Source of the DNA: a virus
Taxonomy: Duplodnaviria; Caudoviricetes
Length of the DNA stretch: 63,442 nt
Strand: one strand, 5' to 3'
IMG/VR virus record: IMGVR_UViG_3300044641_000353
Span: 1-63,442 of that record
In this document: piece after piece, positions 9,324 through 19,099 of the stretch
Position numbering within the stretch: the first letter of the stretch is position 1
Layout of the letters: every line of letters starts with the position of its first letter
Program-made: the position numbers and the translations under genes
Notes under the pieces: model-generated
What the model was told of the DNA's origin: nothing
Database searches by the model: none
The model's input: the letters and a program-made list of their open reading frames with translations, nothing else

Positions 9324-9391
9324 ACATGCAAGTTGGGGTGTTCTGTCTGCATGTCGTCAGCCGGGACTGTCAGAACACCGGATAAGCCCGG
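9324..9391 (-). ncRNA. Double-pseudoknot RNA downstream of the Mu-gpT-like capsid gene (Mu-gpT-DE-like)
   Basis: Three perfect complementary pairs in interleaved order: CCGGG/CCCGG, GGTGTTCTG/CAGAACACC, ACATGCA/TGCATGT. Confidence 0.7.
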
Positions 9392-9409
9392 GTTAAATAC
9401 AATATACAA

Positions 9410-9440
9410 CAAAAGAAAAGGGGGCACAAGGCCCCCCTTC
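9410..9440 (-). terminator. Intrinsic terminator after the major capsid gene
   Basis: GGGGGC/GCCCCC stem followed by TTTTCTTTT on the minus strand. Confidence 0.8.
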
Positions 9441-9459
9441 AAATATTTCCTAAGAAATA

Positions 9460-10368
9460 TTAAGCTCCGGGTGAACCGAAGATACCCAGTGGGTCTGACA
9501 CACCGAAGCTATAACGCTCACGGGCTTTGTATCTCACGTTCCCTGTATCGAAGTCACCATCCATTCCAGTGCTCATAGGAGTACGGATAAAGTGCTTCAA
9601 ACCGTTAGGCACGTCTGTCAACAGGAACCAAGCATTGGTGTCTGTCAAGTAGTGGTTAACGCAGTAGCCGTCAGGGATAGAACCATTGTTCTTCAAAGCG
9701 TTGATGTCGTTGTCAGCAGTAGAAACGCGGAGTTCGGTCTCAAGCAGACGAGTCGCAACGAATTGCAGAGCAGGTGGAATTACCAACTTCTTAGGCTTAG
9801 CGGCGATCAACAAGCTACGCTCATCTGTCCAAGCAGCGATCTGAATAACGGCATTCTCAAGAGAAGTCTCGTTCAAATCGGAAGGAGTAGATGGAGTGTT
9901 ACTGTTAGTACCACCAGAAACCAAGGGGTGAGCAGTAGAGCAAAGCACCACGCCGTCGCCGTATGTTGGGCCACCTGTGAAGGCGTTGTTCAACACAAAA
10001 GCGGCTTTAACCTGCTTGGTGTAAGCCATACCACGGGCCAGAGCCTTGGTATAACGTGAAGACAGGCTGTCGTACAAGTTATCTTCCACAGCTTCCTCTG
10101 TGATGGCAAAGCCCATCGCAATGGTTTCGTGTGTGTAACGTGCAGTAAATGCTTCCTGTGCGTTGTCATAAGCGATGGCAGAACCCTCGTTTTTAACAGG
10201 TGCAGCAGCAAAGCCAGACAGCTTTGTCTCTTCTTCAAAGCTACGCTCAGATGACTCTGTTTCGTAGATTTCTTTGTGCTCTTCGCCGTATTTAGCGTAC
10301 TCAAGACCGAACAAAGCGTTCAAGCCGGGGAGTAATTCTTTGAGCAGTTGTGCGCGTGAAATAGCCAT
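9460..10368 (-). CDS. Major capsid protein (Mu gpT-like family)
   Basis: MAISRAQLLKELLPGLNALFG...KARERYSFG family pattern; follows the scaffold gene. Confidence 0.9.
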   Translation of the reverse strand: MAISRAQLLKELLPGLNALFGLEYAKYGEEHKEIYETESSERSFEEETKLSGFAAAPVKNEGSAIAYDNAQEAFTARYTHETIAMGFAITEEAVEDNLYDSLSSRYTKALARGMAYTKQVKAAFVLNNAFTGGPTYGDGVVLCSTAHPLVSGGTNSNTPSTPSDLNETSLENAVIQIAAWTDERSLLIAAKPKKLVIPPALQFVATRLLETELRVSTADNDINALKNNGSIPDGYCVNHYLTDTNAWFLLTDVPNGLKHFIRTPMSTGMDGDFDTGNVRYKARERYSFGVSDPLGIFGSPGA

Positions 10369-10379
10369 GATTTAGCTCC

Positions 10380-10988
10380 TTAGATGCCAACGGCGTTAGT
10401 GAAAGCGGAAGCGCCGGGATTGAACTTAACAAACACTTCAGTGTAAGTATCAGTCAATGGTGAAGCGAAACCGATGATCTTAAACGCAGCGGCAGTAGTA
10501 ACTACTGTGCTTTCCAATGCGCTGGTAGAGTTACCTGTACGGGTGTTACCTGTAGAAGTAGACTGTGCAGCAGCAAAGAAGGTGTTTGCGCCAAGAGCGG
10601 CCTGAGTAACTTGGCCATCCAATTGAGCTTGGAAAGTCACGTTAGGGTCAGTGATAACGTAGGCTGTAATAGGGCCGCCGTTAGCTGTACCAGAAGGATA
10701 GTACTGACCGTAAATCTGTTGACCTTGCGCGTTAACGTAAGAGCAACCGACAAACACGCCCCAAGCACCCATACTGTCGCCACCAAGGTTATTGGTAGTT
10801 AAGTCTGCGCCGGTAGCGGTGGACAGAGCGATATAACCGTCAGCGCCAATGATAACTGCTTGTCCAAAAAACAAGTTAGTCGCTTCACCAGCGGGGTCGA
10901 TTAGGAACTGACTCGTAGCGCCAGCATAAGGCATGCCGTCGTTACGGTTAATGGCTCGTAGGCCATAGGGGGTATTGGTCATTGACAT
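10380..10988 (-). CDS. Capsid-associated (cement/decoration) protein
   Basis: PYGLR...GVFVGCSY...DPNVTF pattern; adjacent to the capsid gene. Confidence 0.65.
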   Translation of the reverse strand: MSMTNTPYGLRAINRNDGMPYAGATSQFLIDPAGEATNLFFGQAVIIGADGYIALSTATGADLTTNNLGGDSMGAWGVFVGCSYVNAQGQQIYGQYYPSGTANGGPITAYVITDPNVTFQAQLDGQVTQAALGANTFFAAAQSTSTGNTRTGNSTSALESTVVTTAAAFKIIGFASPLTDTYTEVFVKFNPGASAFTNAVGI

Positions 10989-11006
10989 TTAAGTCTCCAA
11001 AAAAAT

Positions 11007-11462
11007 TTAAGTACCTTTTCCGAAAGTGACCGTGGACTTACGTTCTTTAAACATAGGCATCCTCGGATCATTCTCGCGCATGTAGGTGTTGTCTACTGAC
11101 TGCATTTGTGCTTCCGCTTGATTGCGATAGTACGAATTGCGCTGTTCAGTAAATTCCACAGGTGTTTTGCAAAGCAACAAACCGCCCACTTCAACGCTGT
11201 CTGGGAACCTTGCGTTACCGCTAGAGCCAAACATACGAATCTCAGGGTGGTCAGAAGCCCTAACGGGTTCCCAGCCTTCGCGTAGTTTTCCAGAAATATT
11301 AGTGGCGTCGTCTTTGCCTAACGAAGCAATTCGGATCCAGCGATACGCATAGCCTGCTTCCGGAGTAGGGTCAGGCAGAAGTTGAGGGGGCATCCAATGT
11401 TTTGGGCGCTCCGTCTTTTCGCGTGTATCAAGTTCTCGTGCTAAACGTGTTGACTTTTCCAT
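11007..11462 (-). CDS. Conserved head-cluster protein
   Basis: W-x-PP...YRWIR...REGWEPV...GGLLLCK. Confidence 0.75.
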   Translation of the reverse strand: MEKSTRLARELDTREKTERPKHWMPPQLLPDPTPEAGYAYRWIRIASLGKDDATNISGKLREGWEPVRASDHPEIRMFGSSGNARFPDSVEVGGLLLCKTPVEFTEQRNSYYRNQAEAQMQSVDNTYMRENDPRMPMFKERKSTVTFGKGT

Positions 11463-11463
11463 T

Positions 11464-12417
11464 TTATTTCCTTAACTGTTCTTCCGCAACCTTACGAGCA
11501 TAGAGATCCAAAGGAACTCCAAGCCGCTTGGCGATATTCACCTGTGTCTGCGTAAGCACGATCTTTTTAGGCGCTGTGCTACGGGTTGCAGGTGCAACGT
11601 TTGATCTTTTCGGCGAAGTTGGCGCATTCACCGGTCTCTCAGACTCAAACTGATCTGGGAAAACTTGTCTAACTCGAGAATTTAACTTCTCGTAATACTC
11701 GTTGGACTGAGGATCAACTCCAGATTTAACTAGCTTGGTGTGGAGTCCAAGTGCAAAGCTAGTCATCTCATCATCAGAACCAAACCACTTATTTTCTGAT
11801 TGCCAAGCCAGAGCTTTTTGATCTACTGGTGGCTGTTTTGTAACTTGTTGTGGTATTTGTACCTCAGATTTTTGTTGTTGTAAAGGGGCAGGCTTAAAAT
11901 TGTTCACGCGCTCCATCTTGGATTTAGCGGAGATCAATGCTTCCTGCGCATCCACAATAGCGTCTGAGTCACCTGATTCATAGGCTTCTTTGTATCTGGC
12001 CTTGGCTTTTTCAACCTCGTTACCAACTACTTTTTTAGCCTGTTCTAGCAAGGCTTGCTGGTTGGTATTCAAAGAGCCTTTGAGCTTTTTGTTCTCCTCA
12101 ACCACGGCTTGAGCAATACGCAGGGCTTCTTCTCTCTCCCGCTCTGCTGATTCTTTAGCACGGCGTTCTTCGTGATAGCCTTTTGTAAAATGCTGGATGC
12201 GCTTGCGCACACCCTCATCGTACTTAGTTAGTTCATCCTCGGCAAAGTCCTTGGGAGGCTCTTCCATGCGGCTACGCCCACGGTCTTCCTCGGGGGTGTC
12301 GTCTACTACCTCGACTTGCGTTTCACCATCGCCTTCAATTTCGTACTCGACTTTTTCTTCCTTGTCGGCTTTAGTTTCTATTTCATCGGGAAATTTATAT
12401 TCTTCGTCTTTGGCCAT
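11464..12417 (-). CDS. Scaffolding protein
   Basis: Acidic N-terminus, coiled coil, C-terminal LTQTQVNIAKRLGVPLDLYA. Confidence 0.75.
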   Translation of the reverse strand: MAKDEEYKFPDEIETKADKEEKVEYEIEGDGETQVEVVDDTPEEDRGRSRMEEPPKDFAEDELTKYDEGVRKRIQHFTKGYHEERRAKESAEREREEALRIAQAVVEENKKLKGSLNTNQQALLEQAKKVVGNEVEKAKARYKEAYESGDSDAIVDAQEALISAKSKMERVNNFKPAPLQQQKSEVQIPQQVTKQPPVDQKALAWQSENKWFGSDDEMTSFALGLHTKLVKSGVDPQSNEYYEKLNSRVRQVFPDQFESERPVNAPTSPKRSNVAPATRSTAPKKIVLTQTQVNIAKRLGVPLDLYARKVAEEQLRK

Positions 12418-12427
12418 GATTTACTCC

Positions 12428-12832
12428 TTAGTTGGGACGTTGAATGCCACGGGGGTCTTGTACGACCGCTTGAATAGAGTCATCATTAATGAGTCTCCAT
12501 TCTGTACCGTGAATCTTCATGCGGGTTCCCGTGTTAGGACGTACTAACACAAAGTCACCAACTTTACAGGATGGGCCAGAAGGGAATCGGGCTTTATCTG
12601 CAAACGCATCTGGGCCAATTTTTGCCACAAACAACACGGGGGATAAAAGCTCCTCGTGATACATAGCAGTAGCAGACTTCAAAATCCCAGTCTCGCTAAA
12701 CTCCTCTTCGGCCTTGGGCAACATACACAAAATATGGTACGTCGCTGGATCGGGCACTTGTTTGGCTTTTTCTTCAGCGGATACATTAAGTACCGCCGAT
12801 AAATCTACCGCACTAACATCAAATTCAGTCAT
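12428..12832 (-). CDS. groES: GroES/Cpn10-like co-chaperonin
   Basis: SETGIL mobile loop, VAKIGP, CKVGDFVL, RLINDDSIQAVV. Confidence 0.8.
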   Translation of the reverse strand: MTEFDVSAVDLSAVLNVSAEEKAKQVPDPATYHILCMLPKAEEEFSETGILKSATAMYHEELLSPVLFVAKIGPDAFADKARFPSGPSCKVGDFVLVRPNTGTRMKIHGTEWRLINDDSIQAVVQDPRGIQRPN

Positions 12833-13022
12833 CTTCAGAGTCCTTTAATTTACGCACGAGGTCACCTATTTCATACTGCGCAGTCTGGAGACCTCGGATA
12901 AAACCGCACAGTTCTTTGTAGTGATCGTAGGATTTCGCGCTACCATCACACAAAACTTCAGCTTGACTCTTACGATGCTCTTCGAGCTTAGAGGAGAGCA
13001 AATCTAGGATTCTTCTGTCCAT
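12825..13022 (-). CDS. Small head-cluster protein
   Basis: G-x-A-x-S-Y-x-x-YKELCGFIRGL pattern. Confidence 0.7.
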   Translation of the reverse strand: MDRRILDLLSSKLEEHRKSQAEVLCDGSAKSYDHYKELCGFIRGLQTAQYEIGDLVRKLKDSEDD

Positions 13023-13024
13023 AT

Positions 13025-15550
13025 TTATCCTTCACCGGGCGGTTGTTGGGCTTGCTGTTTTGCCTGCATCATCTTCTGCAACATCTCCATCTTGTGTCGC
13101 TGGTCGCCCTGACTTATTTGCTGCTGGGCTTGCTGCGCCTGAACTTGTTGCTGCTGTTGCTGATTTGCAACTTCTAGGGCGTGTAACTCCTGCGCCTGCA
13201 TGATCTCTTGCTGCATACGCATCGCTGCCATGTTTGGATCTTCACCCGTTCTAGCTGCGCTCTCGCGTGCTTTGAGTGATAGCTCTTCGGCTTTAAGCTG
13301 CAAGTCGCCACGTACTTTGAGCTCTTTGGTCTTGGCATCTTGCGCCTTGATCTGGAGTTCTGCTTGCTGCATTTGCACCAGCGGGTCTTGCTGCATTTGC
13401 TGGGCTTGCTGTTGTTGCTGCTGAGCCATGTTTGCATTGAGAAGCTGAGCGGATGCTTGCGCAACCAACTGAGACAACTGCACCTCCACCTGCTCTGGCA
13501 ACTGCTCTCCGGGTGGGGGAAGTGGCACGCCCATCTGCTCTTCAATCTTGCGGCGGTATGAGAACGCTAAGTGTTCTGCAATGTGCGCTTGGATAGCAGC
13601 CATCATCTGCTGAGCCATGGGGTTCTGACCCATCGTTGCCGCAATCATCGGATCTCTCATGAACGTCGTATGTACAGCGATGTGCGCGTCTTGATCCTGA
13701 TAGATAAACGCACGAGTTGGCTCGCCTTTGAGGAAGCCCATGTTCTCGCTGATTGGATCTTTCGGCTTCTCGTCGTCCTCTGTGGGCACGAGCTTGTCTG
13801 CGTTCTTGATGCCCAACACTTCAATCATCTGACGGTGCAACTGCGGCAAGTCATAGATCTGCGGTGCTTGCTGCGCCAACTGAATAACAGCTTGATACTG
13901 CATGATGCGCTGAGCCATCGTCGCGCTGTTGGGGTCACTTACTGGAATGACATCAACTGCATCGTAGTCAGACTGCTTGGCCATGCGGTCACCGCTGGCT
14001 GGGTCATACTCATACTCGCTCGGTGCGTAGTCACGGATGATGTTCTTCAAGAGCTTAAACTCTTGCTTCATGCTGTAGTGCACACGGGCTTGTACAGCAC
14101 TCATAGTCTTCAACTGACGCTCAAGAATAGCCAGCGTCGTACCAACAGGTGCGTTAGCACTCATATCACTGACCTTCATGTCAGCAACAGAACCCAGTCG
14201 GCGACCTTCTTCAGTGATCTTATCTAAGAGACCCGCCAAAACCTGCGATGGTTCTTTGTATGGCAAAGCCATGATGTTGTCACGGATTGAACCAGAAGGC
14301 ACGTCCATGTCGCGGAACTCACCGGGAGAAATTGGGGTATCGTCGTCTTTGATTCGTAAGCCACGGGTCTTCAAACCACCGGGCAAGTTGCTCAGTGTGC
14401 CAGCGTCAATAAGTTGTCTAATAAGAGATGTACCGGCCCGGGCATAGCCACCAATAAGGTGTATGAAGCCAAAGCCATAAGCACCAAAGCCGGGTATGTA
14501 ATCGTATTGGACAAAATGCTGGCGCTTAATTTTGAGATCGTCTTCTTCTTCCCAGTTGCGGTAGATAGAGAGGATTTTGTTTGTGCCTTTATCAATAGAG
14601 ATAATGTACGGAAGAGCAATCTCATCTTCATCTTCATAGCCGGGTAAGTTGTAATCAATCTGGATTTCATAAATCTGATAGCGGTCGTCGTCCGTTAAGC
14701 TGTAGCCTTGTTCATCGGCTTTTTTCTTCTCAACGTCTGTGTGTACTTGAGCAGGCTCACCTAACTCAATCTCACGATAGAAGCCTGCAACTTGCAACTT
14801 CTTTACATCGTTCTTTGTCTTGCGCATGATGTGAGACACGCGCTCTGCTGTACGTGCGCCAGAGGAGCCGTAAGGAATGATGATGTCTTCAGCAGGAATA
14901 AACACCGAAGTCTGACGACCAAGCGCTGGGTCGTAGTAAACTTTCTTAAACGCTGATCCAGCCAGACCTAAGTTAAACAACATGCGCTCATGCTCAGGGC
15001 GATACTCAGACATTACCTCAGTAAGCTGGTAGTTCATGTCTTCTCTGACACGCTCCGCCGCCTGCTCTTTAAGTTTATCAATTGCGCCAATGATCTCGGT
15101 TTTGACCGGGCCCGCAGCAGGGAACGTTTCAATGATAGTCTCGCTCTGGAACCGTACAGCAGCTTCTGTAAGTACCGTTGAGTAAACACCGCAAGCACCG
15201 AGCCACGGTTCAGTACGCTCTTCATACTTCATCCCCAGAACATCTAGTCCTTTGACAAACATCTCAACCCAGTCTTTGCGGGAATTGATGTCTCCGTCTA
15301 CGTCACCCATGATGTCTTCAGCAATGCTTTGCAACTCATCGTCGCTCATGAAGTCAGCAAGGTTAGAGTCAAACTCTTCGCCTTCTTTACCTTCTGTGCC
15401 GGGCTCGATTTCTATCTCTAGGCCATCCATGCCAATGCGAACACCCTCTGGGTTCTCAATCTCAATCTCAATGTCGGATATGCCACCTAGCTCTTCTTCT
15501 ATACCAAGAGGTGCTGCATATAAACTTTTTTCCATTGAACTTGTAGCCAT
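13025..15550 (-). CDS. Portal protein
   Basis: 841 aa directly after TerL; GSAFKKVYYD; Gln-rich C-terminal barrel region. Confidence 0.88.
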   Translation of the reverse strand: MATSSMEKSLYAAPLGIEEELGGISDIEIEIENPEGVRIGMDGLEIEIEPGTEGKEGEEFDSNLADFMSDDELQSIAEDIMGDVDGDINSRKDWVEMFVKGLDVLGMKYEERTEPWLGACGVYSTVLTEAAVRFQSETIIETFPAAGPVKTEIIGAIDKLKEQAAERVREDMNYQLTEVMSEYRPEHERMLFNLGLAGSAFKKVYYDPALGRQTSVFIPAEDIIIPYGSSGARTAERVSHIMRKTKNDVKKLQVAGFYREIELGEPAQVHTDVEKKKADEQGYSLTDDDRYQIYEIQIDYNLPGYEDEDEIALPYIISIDKGTNKILSIYRNWEEEDDLKIKRQHFVQYDYIPGFGAYGFGFIHLIGGYARAGTSLIRQLIDAGTLSNLPGGLKTRGLRIKDDDTPISPGEFRDMDVPSGSIRDNIMALPYKEPSQVLAGLLDKITEEGRRLGSVADMKVSDMSANAPVGTTLAILERQLKTMSAVQARVHYSMKQEFKLLKNIIRDYAPSEYEYDPASGDRMAKQSDYDAVDVIPVSDPNSATMAQRIMQYQAVIQLAQQAPQIYDLPQLHRQMIEVLGIKNADKLVPTEDDEKPKDPISENMGFLKGEPTRAFIYQDQDAHIAVHTTFMRDPMIAATMGQNPMAQQMMAAIQAHIAEHLAFSYRRKIEEQMGVPLPPPGEQLPEQVEVQLSQLVAQASAQLLNANMAQQQQQQAQQMQQDPLVQMQQAELQIKAQDAKTKELKVRGDLQLKAEELSLKARESAARTGEDPNMAAMRMQQEIMQAQELHALEVANQQQQQQVQAQQAQQQISQGDQRHKMEMLQKMMQAKQQAQQPPGEG

Positions 15551-15558
15551 ATTAATCC

Positions 15559-17082
15559 TTAGTAGTACGCCGCGCGTCTGCCCGATTTAAACAATCTAAC
15601 TTCGTCTAGTTCATCACTAGGAAGTCGGAGGAATCCACCTTGCCTAAAGCGCATTAAAGCAAGTGTTGTCGCGTCAACCAAGTCATCATGCTCGCCTGAC
15701 GGGAACGCCCCAATCTCATCAACCAATTCTTCAGCCCAACGAGTATCGGGAACCCACACTTTCCCAGAAGCGATTATGTCCGATACTGCGTTCAAGCGGG
15801 CAATTTTGTCTTGCCCTTTACCCGGTGTGAACTCCTGCACAGGTATACCCATGGCACGCAGTTCGTAAATGAGCGGGCCACCCGTGGCTTTCTTCTCAAT
15901 CAACATGCCGTCTGGCTCCCACTCGTTGTACTCTCTAAACACATCTTTCTTCAAGTCCACCCACTCCACACGCTTGCGGTAGGTGTTGAGTAATATGATG
16001 TTTGGGCGCATATCATCTTCTTCGCAATTGAAGATGCCCCAAGTTGTGCCTGCTGAATAGTCAGCCCGCTGTGTTTTCTCAAACGCCGTGTCCCATGTCT
16101 GCAAAACATAGTCACATTTAGGCGCTCTCTCGTGCGGCCATATCTTCCACCAGTCGCGTTTGATAATCGCTGACTCATTTCCCACGGGATTCTGCTGATA
16201 CTGGGCTTGCCACTTAGCATTTGGCAGTTCTTCATGCAGTGCTTCGAGCTCTTCTTTGCTCCAAAACTCAGGCCAAAGTGGGTTTCCAGAGGGCAAAATA
16301 GCCGGAAATTCAATCACTTCCCAGTCGTTTTCACCTCTTAAAGCGGCGTTTTTGAGCACTTGACCGGTCAAATCGCGCTGCGCCCAGCGTGTCATCACAA
16401 TAACAATCGACCCACCCGGCTGTAAACGCTGCCTAGGGCCAGATGTGTACCACTCATACACCTTGTCGTAGATCTCTGGGCTACTTGCTGCCTGTGCAGC
16501 CTCTTGTTCTGAGTGTGGATCGTCAATAATGAGCAGGTCAGCACCCTTACCGGTCACTGTACCCCCCACACCAATCGCAAAATAGTCACCACCCTTGCTG
16601 GTATTCCACCGACCGGCTGCTTTTGAGTCAGCTTGCAGGTGTAAATCAGGAAATATCTCGCTGTAGACCTCAGAATCCACCAAATTTCGCACTTTTCGGC
16701 CAAAACCGACCGCTAATTCGCCTGTATTTGAGCTTTGAATGACTTTTTTGTGCGGAAACTTGCCCAAAAACCAAGCAGGTAGTAAGTAAGAGGCAAACTC
16801 TGACTTAGTGTGGCGAGGAGGCATATTAATAATGAGACGCTTGCATTCTCCACGGGCTACCCTTTCAAAAGCTTCGGCCATCCGCTTGTGATGTTTACCC
16901 GAAATGAAGGTTGGCCAGACTCGGGCTGTAAACTGAATGAACTTTTCCTGAGATAACTCACGAGCTTTGAGCTTTTCCAGATGTATTAGCTGCTTCTCTA
17001 GCACACGCAGGTCAGTATCCGTAAGCTTGCCGGTATCAACAAGCCCTTCTAGGTCTTTTAGCGAGATTGATGCTTCACTCAT
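15559..17082 (-). CDS. terL: Terminase large subunit
   Basis: Walker A INMPPRHTKS, Walker B LLIIDD, nuclease motif HDDLVDA. Confidence 0.95.
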   Translation of the reverse strand: MSEASISLKDLEGLVDTGKLTDTDLRVLEKQLIHLEKLKARELSQEKFIQFTARVWPTFISGKHHKRMAEAFERVARGECKRLIINMPPRHTKSEFASYLLPAWFLGKFPHKKVIQSSNTGELAVGFGRKVRNLVDSEVYSEIFPDLHLQADSKAAGRWNTSKGGDYFAIGVGGTVTGKGADLLIIDDPHSEQEAAQAASSPEIYDKVYEWYTSGPRQRLQPGGSIVIVMTRWAQRDLTGQVLKNAALRGENDWEVIEFPAILPSGNPLWPEFWSKEELEALHEELPNAKWQAQYQQNPVGNESAIIKRDWWKIWPHERAPKCDYVLQTWDTAFEKTQRADYSAGTTWGIFNCEEDDMRPNIILLNTYRKRVEWVDLKKDVFREYNEWEPDGMLIEKKATGGPLIYELRAMGIPVQEFTPGKGQDKIARLNAVSDIIASGKVWVPDTRWAEELVDEIGAFPSGEHDDLVDATTLALMRFRQGGFLRLPSDELDEVRLFKSGRRAAYY

Positions 17083-17713
17083 CTTCAGGTACGTTTCCGC
17101 GGGTTTCAGAGTCTACGGGTTCTTCAGTATCCAGATCTGTTTCAAATGCAGAGTTATCCGATTGCTGATAATCCGGGATTCCTAGCTGGGCATCTAGGTC
17201 GTCGAGTGGTGTTATGTCTATCACGTCGCTGTGCAGCAGGCGTTTGATCCGCTCTTTGATTGAATTCTCAAGAGACTGGGATGTTGTGTGATGCACAGTA
17301 ATTTCACTGCGTTCAGTAAAAATTCCAATGTCTGAATGCTTGCCGAGTAGCTCAAGAGCCTTGATCTCAATCTTCAGGTCACCGCAATCTGCTAGTTCGA
17401 TTAGCTTGTTTGTAATCAGGTTGCGTGCCTGCTGTGCATCCGCAATAGCCTGAAAGTCGTACTTCTTTAGTATTGCTAGGGCAGCCGCAGCTTGGCCGGG
17501 TGACTTGATGTGCTTGGGTGTCTTGGCTGCTTTGGTAACCAGATCAACGACTTGCTTACCGTCTTTCTCGTTGAAGTCCAGCCCACCGCCAAGTTCTTTA
17601 ATGAAGTCAGCAGTATTTGCAGCAATGGCAATGGCATCCTTCTGAGTCTTTGGGGACTCTTCGGATACGTCAAAAGGAACAGGATGTTCCGCAGTAGGTT
17701 CTAGTTTAATCAC
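17075..17713 (-). CDS. Terminase small subunit (putative)
   Basis: Immediately upstream of TerL; KALELLGK motif. Confidence 0.7.
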   Translation of the reverse strand: MIKLEPTAEHPVPFDVSEESPKTQKDAIAIAANTADFIKELGGGLDFNEKDGKQVVDLVTKAAKTPKHIKSPGQAAAALAILKKYDFQAIADAQQARNLITNKLIELADCGDLKIEIKALELLGKHSDIGIFTERSEITVHHTTSQSLENSIKERIKRLLHSDVIDITPLDDLDAQLGIPDYQQSDNSAFETDLDTEEPVDSETRGNVPEDE

Positions 17714-18013
17714 CGGGTAAGCGCACCAATGAATATGAAGCCTGAAATGTAACAGCGTTTTTAATTTTTTGCAAAAATTTTTTGTGATTAGGGTTTTTAC
17801 TTAGACCCGGGGGGTGTTCCCGAACTTCCCCCAAAAAGGGGGAGGGTGGAATTTTAAAACGCGAGATCGTTTGAGCTCCACAGTGTGTATGGTATTTCTA
17901 GGATTCCTCTTGGGCTCTTTGGTGTCCCCGCCCTCCGTACCCTCTGACCTTTTGACTTTTTTAAATGACCTAACATTGTTACATCAATTCCCTAATTATT
18001 GTTCACGCTACAT

Positions 18014-18042
18014 TTGATTTTCAGTGTTTTTTGTGGTATAAT
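18014..18042 (+). promoter_or_regulatory. Sigma70 early promoter 1
   Basis: TTGATT-17bp-TATAAT with TGTGG extended -10. Confidence 0.8.
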
Positions 18043-18120
18043 ATATTCAAGCAAACAAAATCAGTTTGCCTCAGTTGCCTAGTCTGTTTACTGGGTTTTA
18101 TTAGAAGGTTAGAACGTATC

Positions 18121-18633
18121 ATGGAAAATATTACAGTTACTCAAGTGTCTGAATTGTCATTGTCTGATTTGCGCAACAATGTTGCTGAAGCGGTTGTCAG
18201 GGCTTATGGTGCTGAGCGTGACTATGCTATCAAGGTCTGCGAAGTATTGCCCTTTGCATGGTATCTTGTCGAACACAATGACAAGGGTGAGGATGCAAAG
18301 TTGGTTCACACTGAGAAAAAGGAATTATTCAAAGTTCTCAATAGTGCAAAGCATAGTAATCCATCGACAGTGTGGGCTCGGGTTCGTAAGTATGCACAAG
18401 AGCACATGGAACCCAAAAAGCCCAACGCTGACGGAGTGATTGCACCAACTGACGCACCGGTAGGCGCTCGACAAAACCGCTCGCTAACCTTGCGTTTGGT
18501 TGAGGAATTGACCACGCTATACAAAGCCACAAAGAACGCTGATTCACTCAGCGACAAAGAACGTGATTGCCAAACGCATATTGCATCGGCACTCATGGCA
18601 ATGGGTATTGACTTAGCCACAATTCAAGACTAA
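18121..18633 (+). CDS. First early protein, unknown function
   Basis: Start reassigned to ATG 18121 after the AGAAGGTTAGA leader. Confidence 0.75.
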   Translation: MENITVTQVSELSLSDLRNNVAEAVVRAYGAERDYAIKVCEVLPFAWYLVEHNDKGEDAKLVHTEKKELFKVLNSAKHSNPSTVWARVRKYAQEHMEPKKPNADGVIAPTDAPVGARQNRSLTLRLVEELTTLYKATKNADSLSDKERDCQTHIASALMAMGIDLATIQD

Positions 18634-18694
18634 GGGTAAACCAAGGTAAGGGGAAACCCTTACCTAACATTGTTAGGTCAATTGGAGAAATGTT

Positions 18695-18946
18695 ATGAAA
18701 TACTGTACTCAATCAAGCGAAGTCTATCAAAAGCAAGATCAAGAAATTCAAGCCTTGCTCGATGAAATTCGCGCCACTGTACCGCCATTGGTAGCACTAA
18801 GGGGAAACGTCAGGACTAACCCGCATCGTGCTAGGGTTGCCAAAGTATTCAAAGAGTATCGTTTCCCTGATGCTTACCTGACTTCATTTTGGATTGCGTT
18901 TGCTGAGGGTAAACCTTTCCATCGTAGGTTATGGGATAAAACCTAA
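18695..18946 (+). CDS. Hypothetical early protein
   Basis: GGAG RBS; followed by a terminator. Confidence 0.65.
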   Translation: MKYCTQSSEVYQKQDQEIQALLDEIRATVPPLVALRGNVRTNPHRARVAKVFKEYRFPDAYLTSFWIAFAEGKPFHRRLWDKT

Positions 18947-18965
18947 TCCCTGCTCACTTATCCAC

Positions 18966-18989
18966 AGCCCCGCTAGTCGGGGCTTTTTT
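18966..18989 (+). terminator. Intrinsic terminator
   Basis: AGCCCCG-CTAGT-CGGGGCT followed by a T tract. Confidence 0.88.
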
Positions 18990-19018
18990 GCGTCTGCTCG
19001 CACCTAACATTGTTAGGT

Positions 19019-19097
19019 CGATTTGAATACCAGTTCTCTGGTCGGCAGTAGCAAGTGACCTCGATCTGAATACCAGTTCTCTGGGCGGCAGTAGCAA
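19019..19097. repeat. 36-bp direct repeat, 2 copies, 7-bp spacer
   Basis: CGAT(T/C)TGAATACCAGTTCTCTGG(T/G)CGGCAGTAGCAA at 19019 and 19062. Confidence 0.9.
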
Positions 19098-19099
19098 CC

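Noticed and set aside
17814-18120. ORF 17814..18017 and the upstream extension of 18031..18633
   Set aside because: They overlap the terminus/promoter region; the supported start is ATG 18121
19019-19097. CRISPR mini-array
   Set aside because: Only two repeats with a 7-bp spacer, no typical repeat termini and no cas operon
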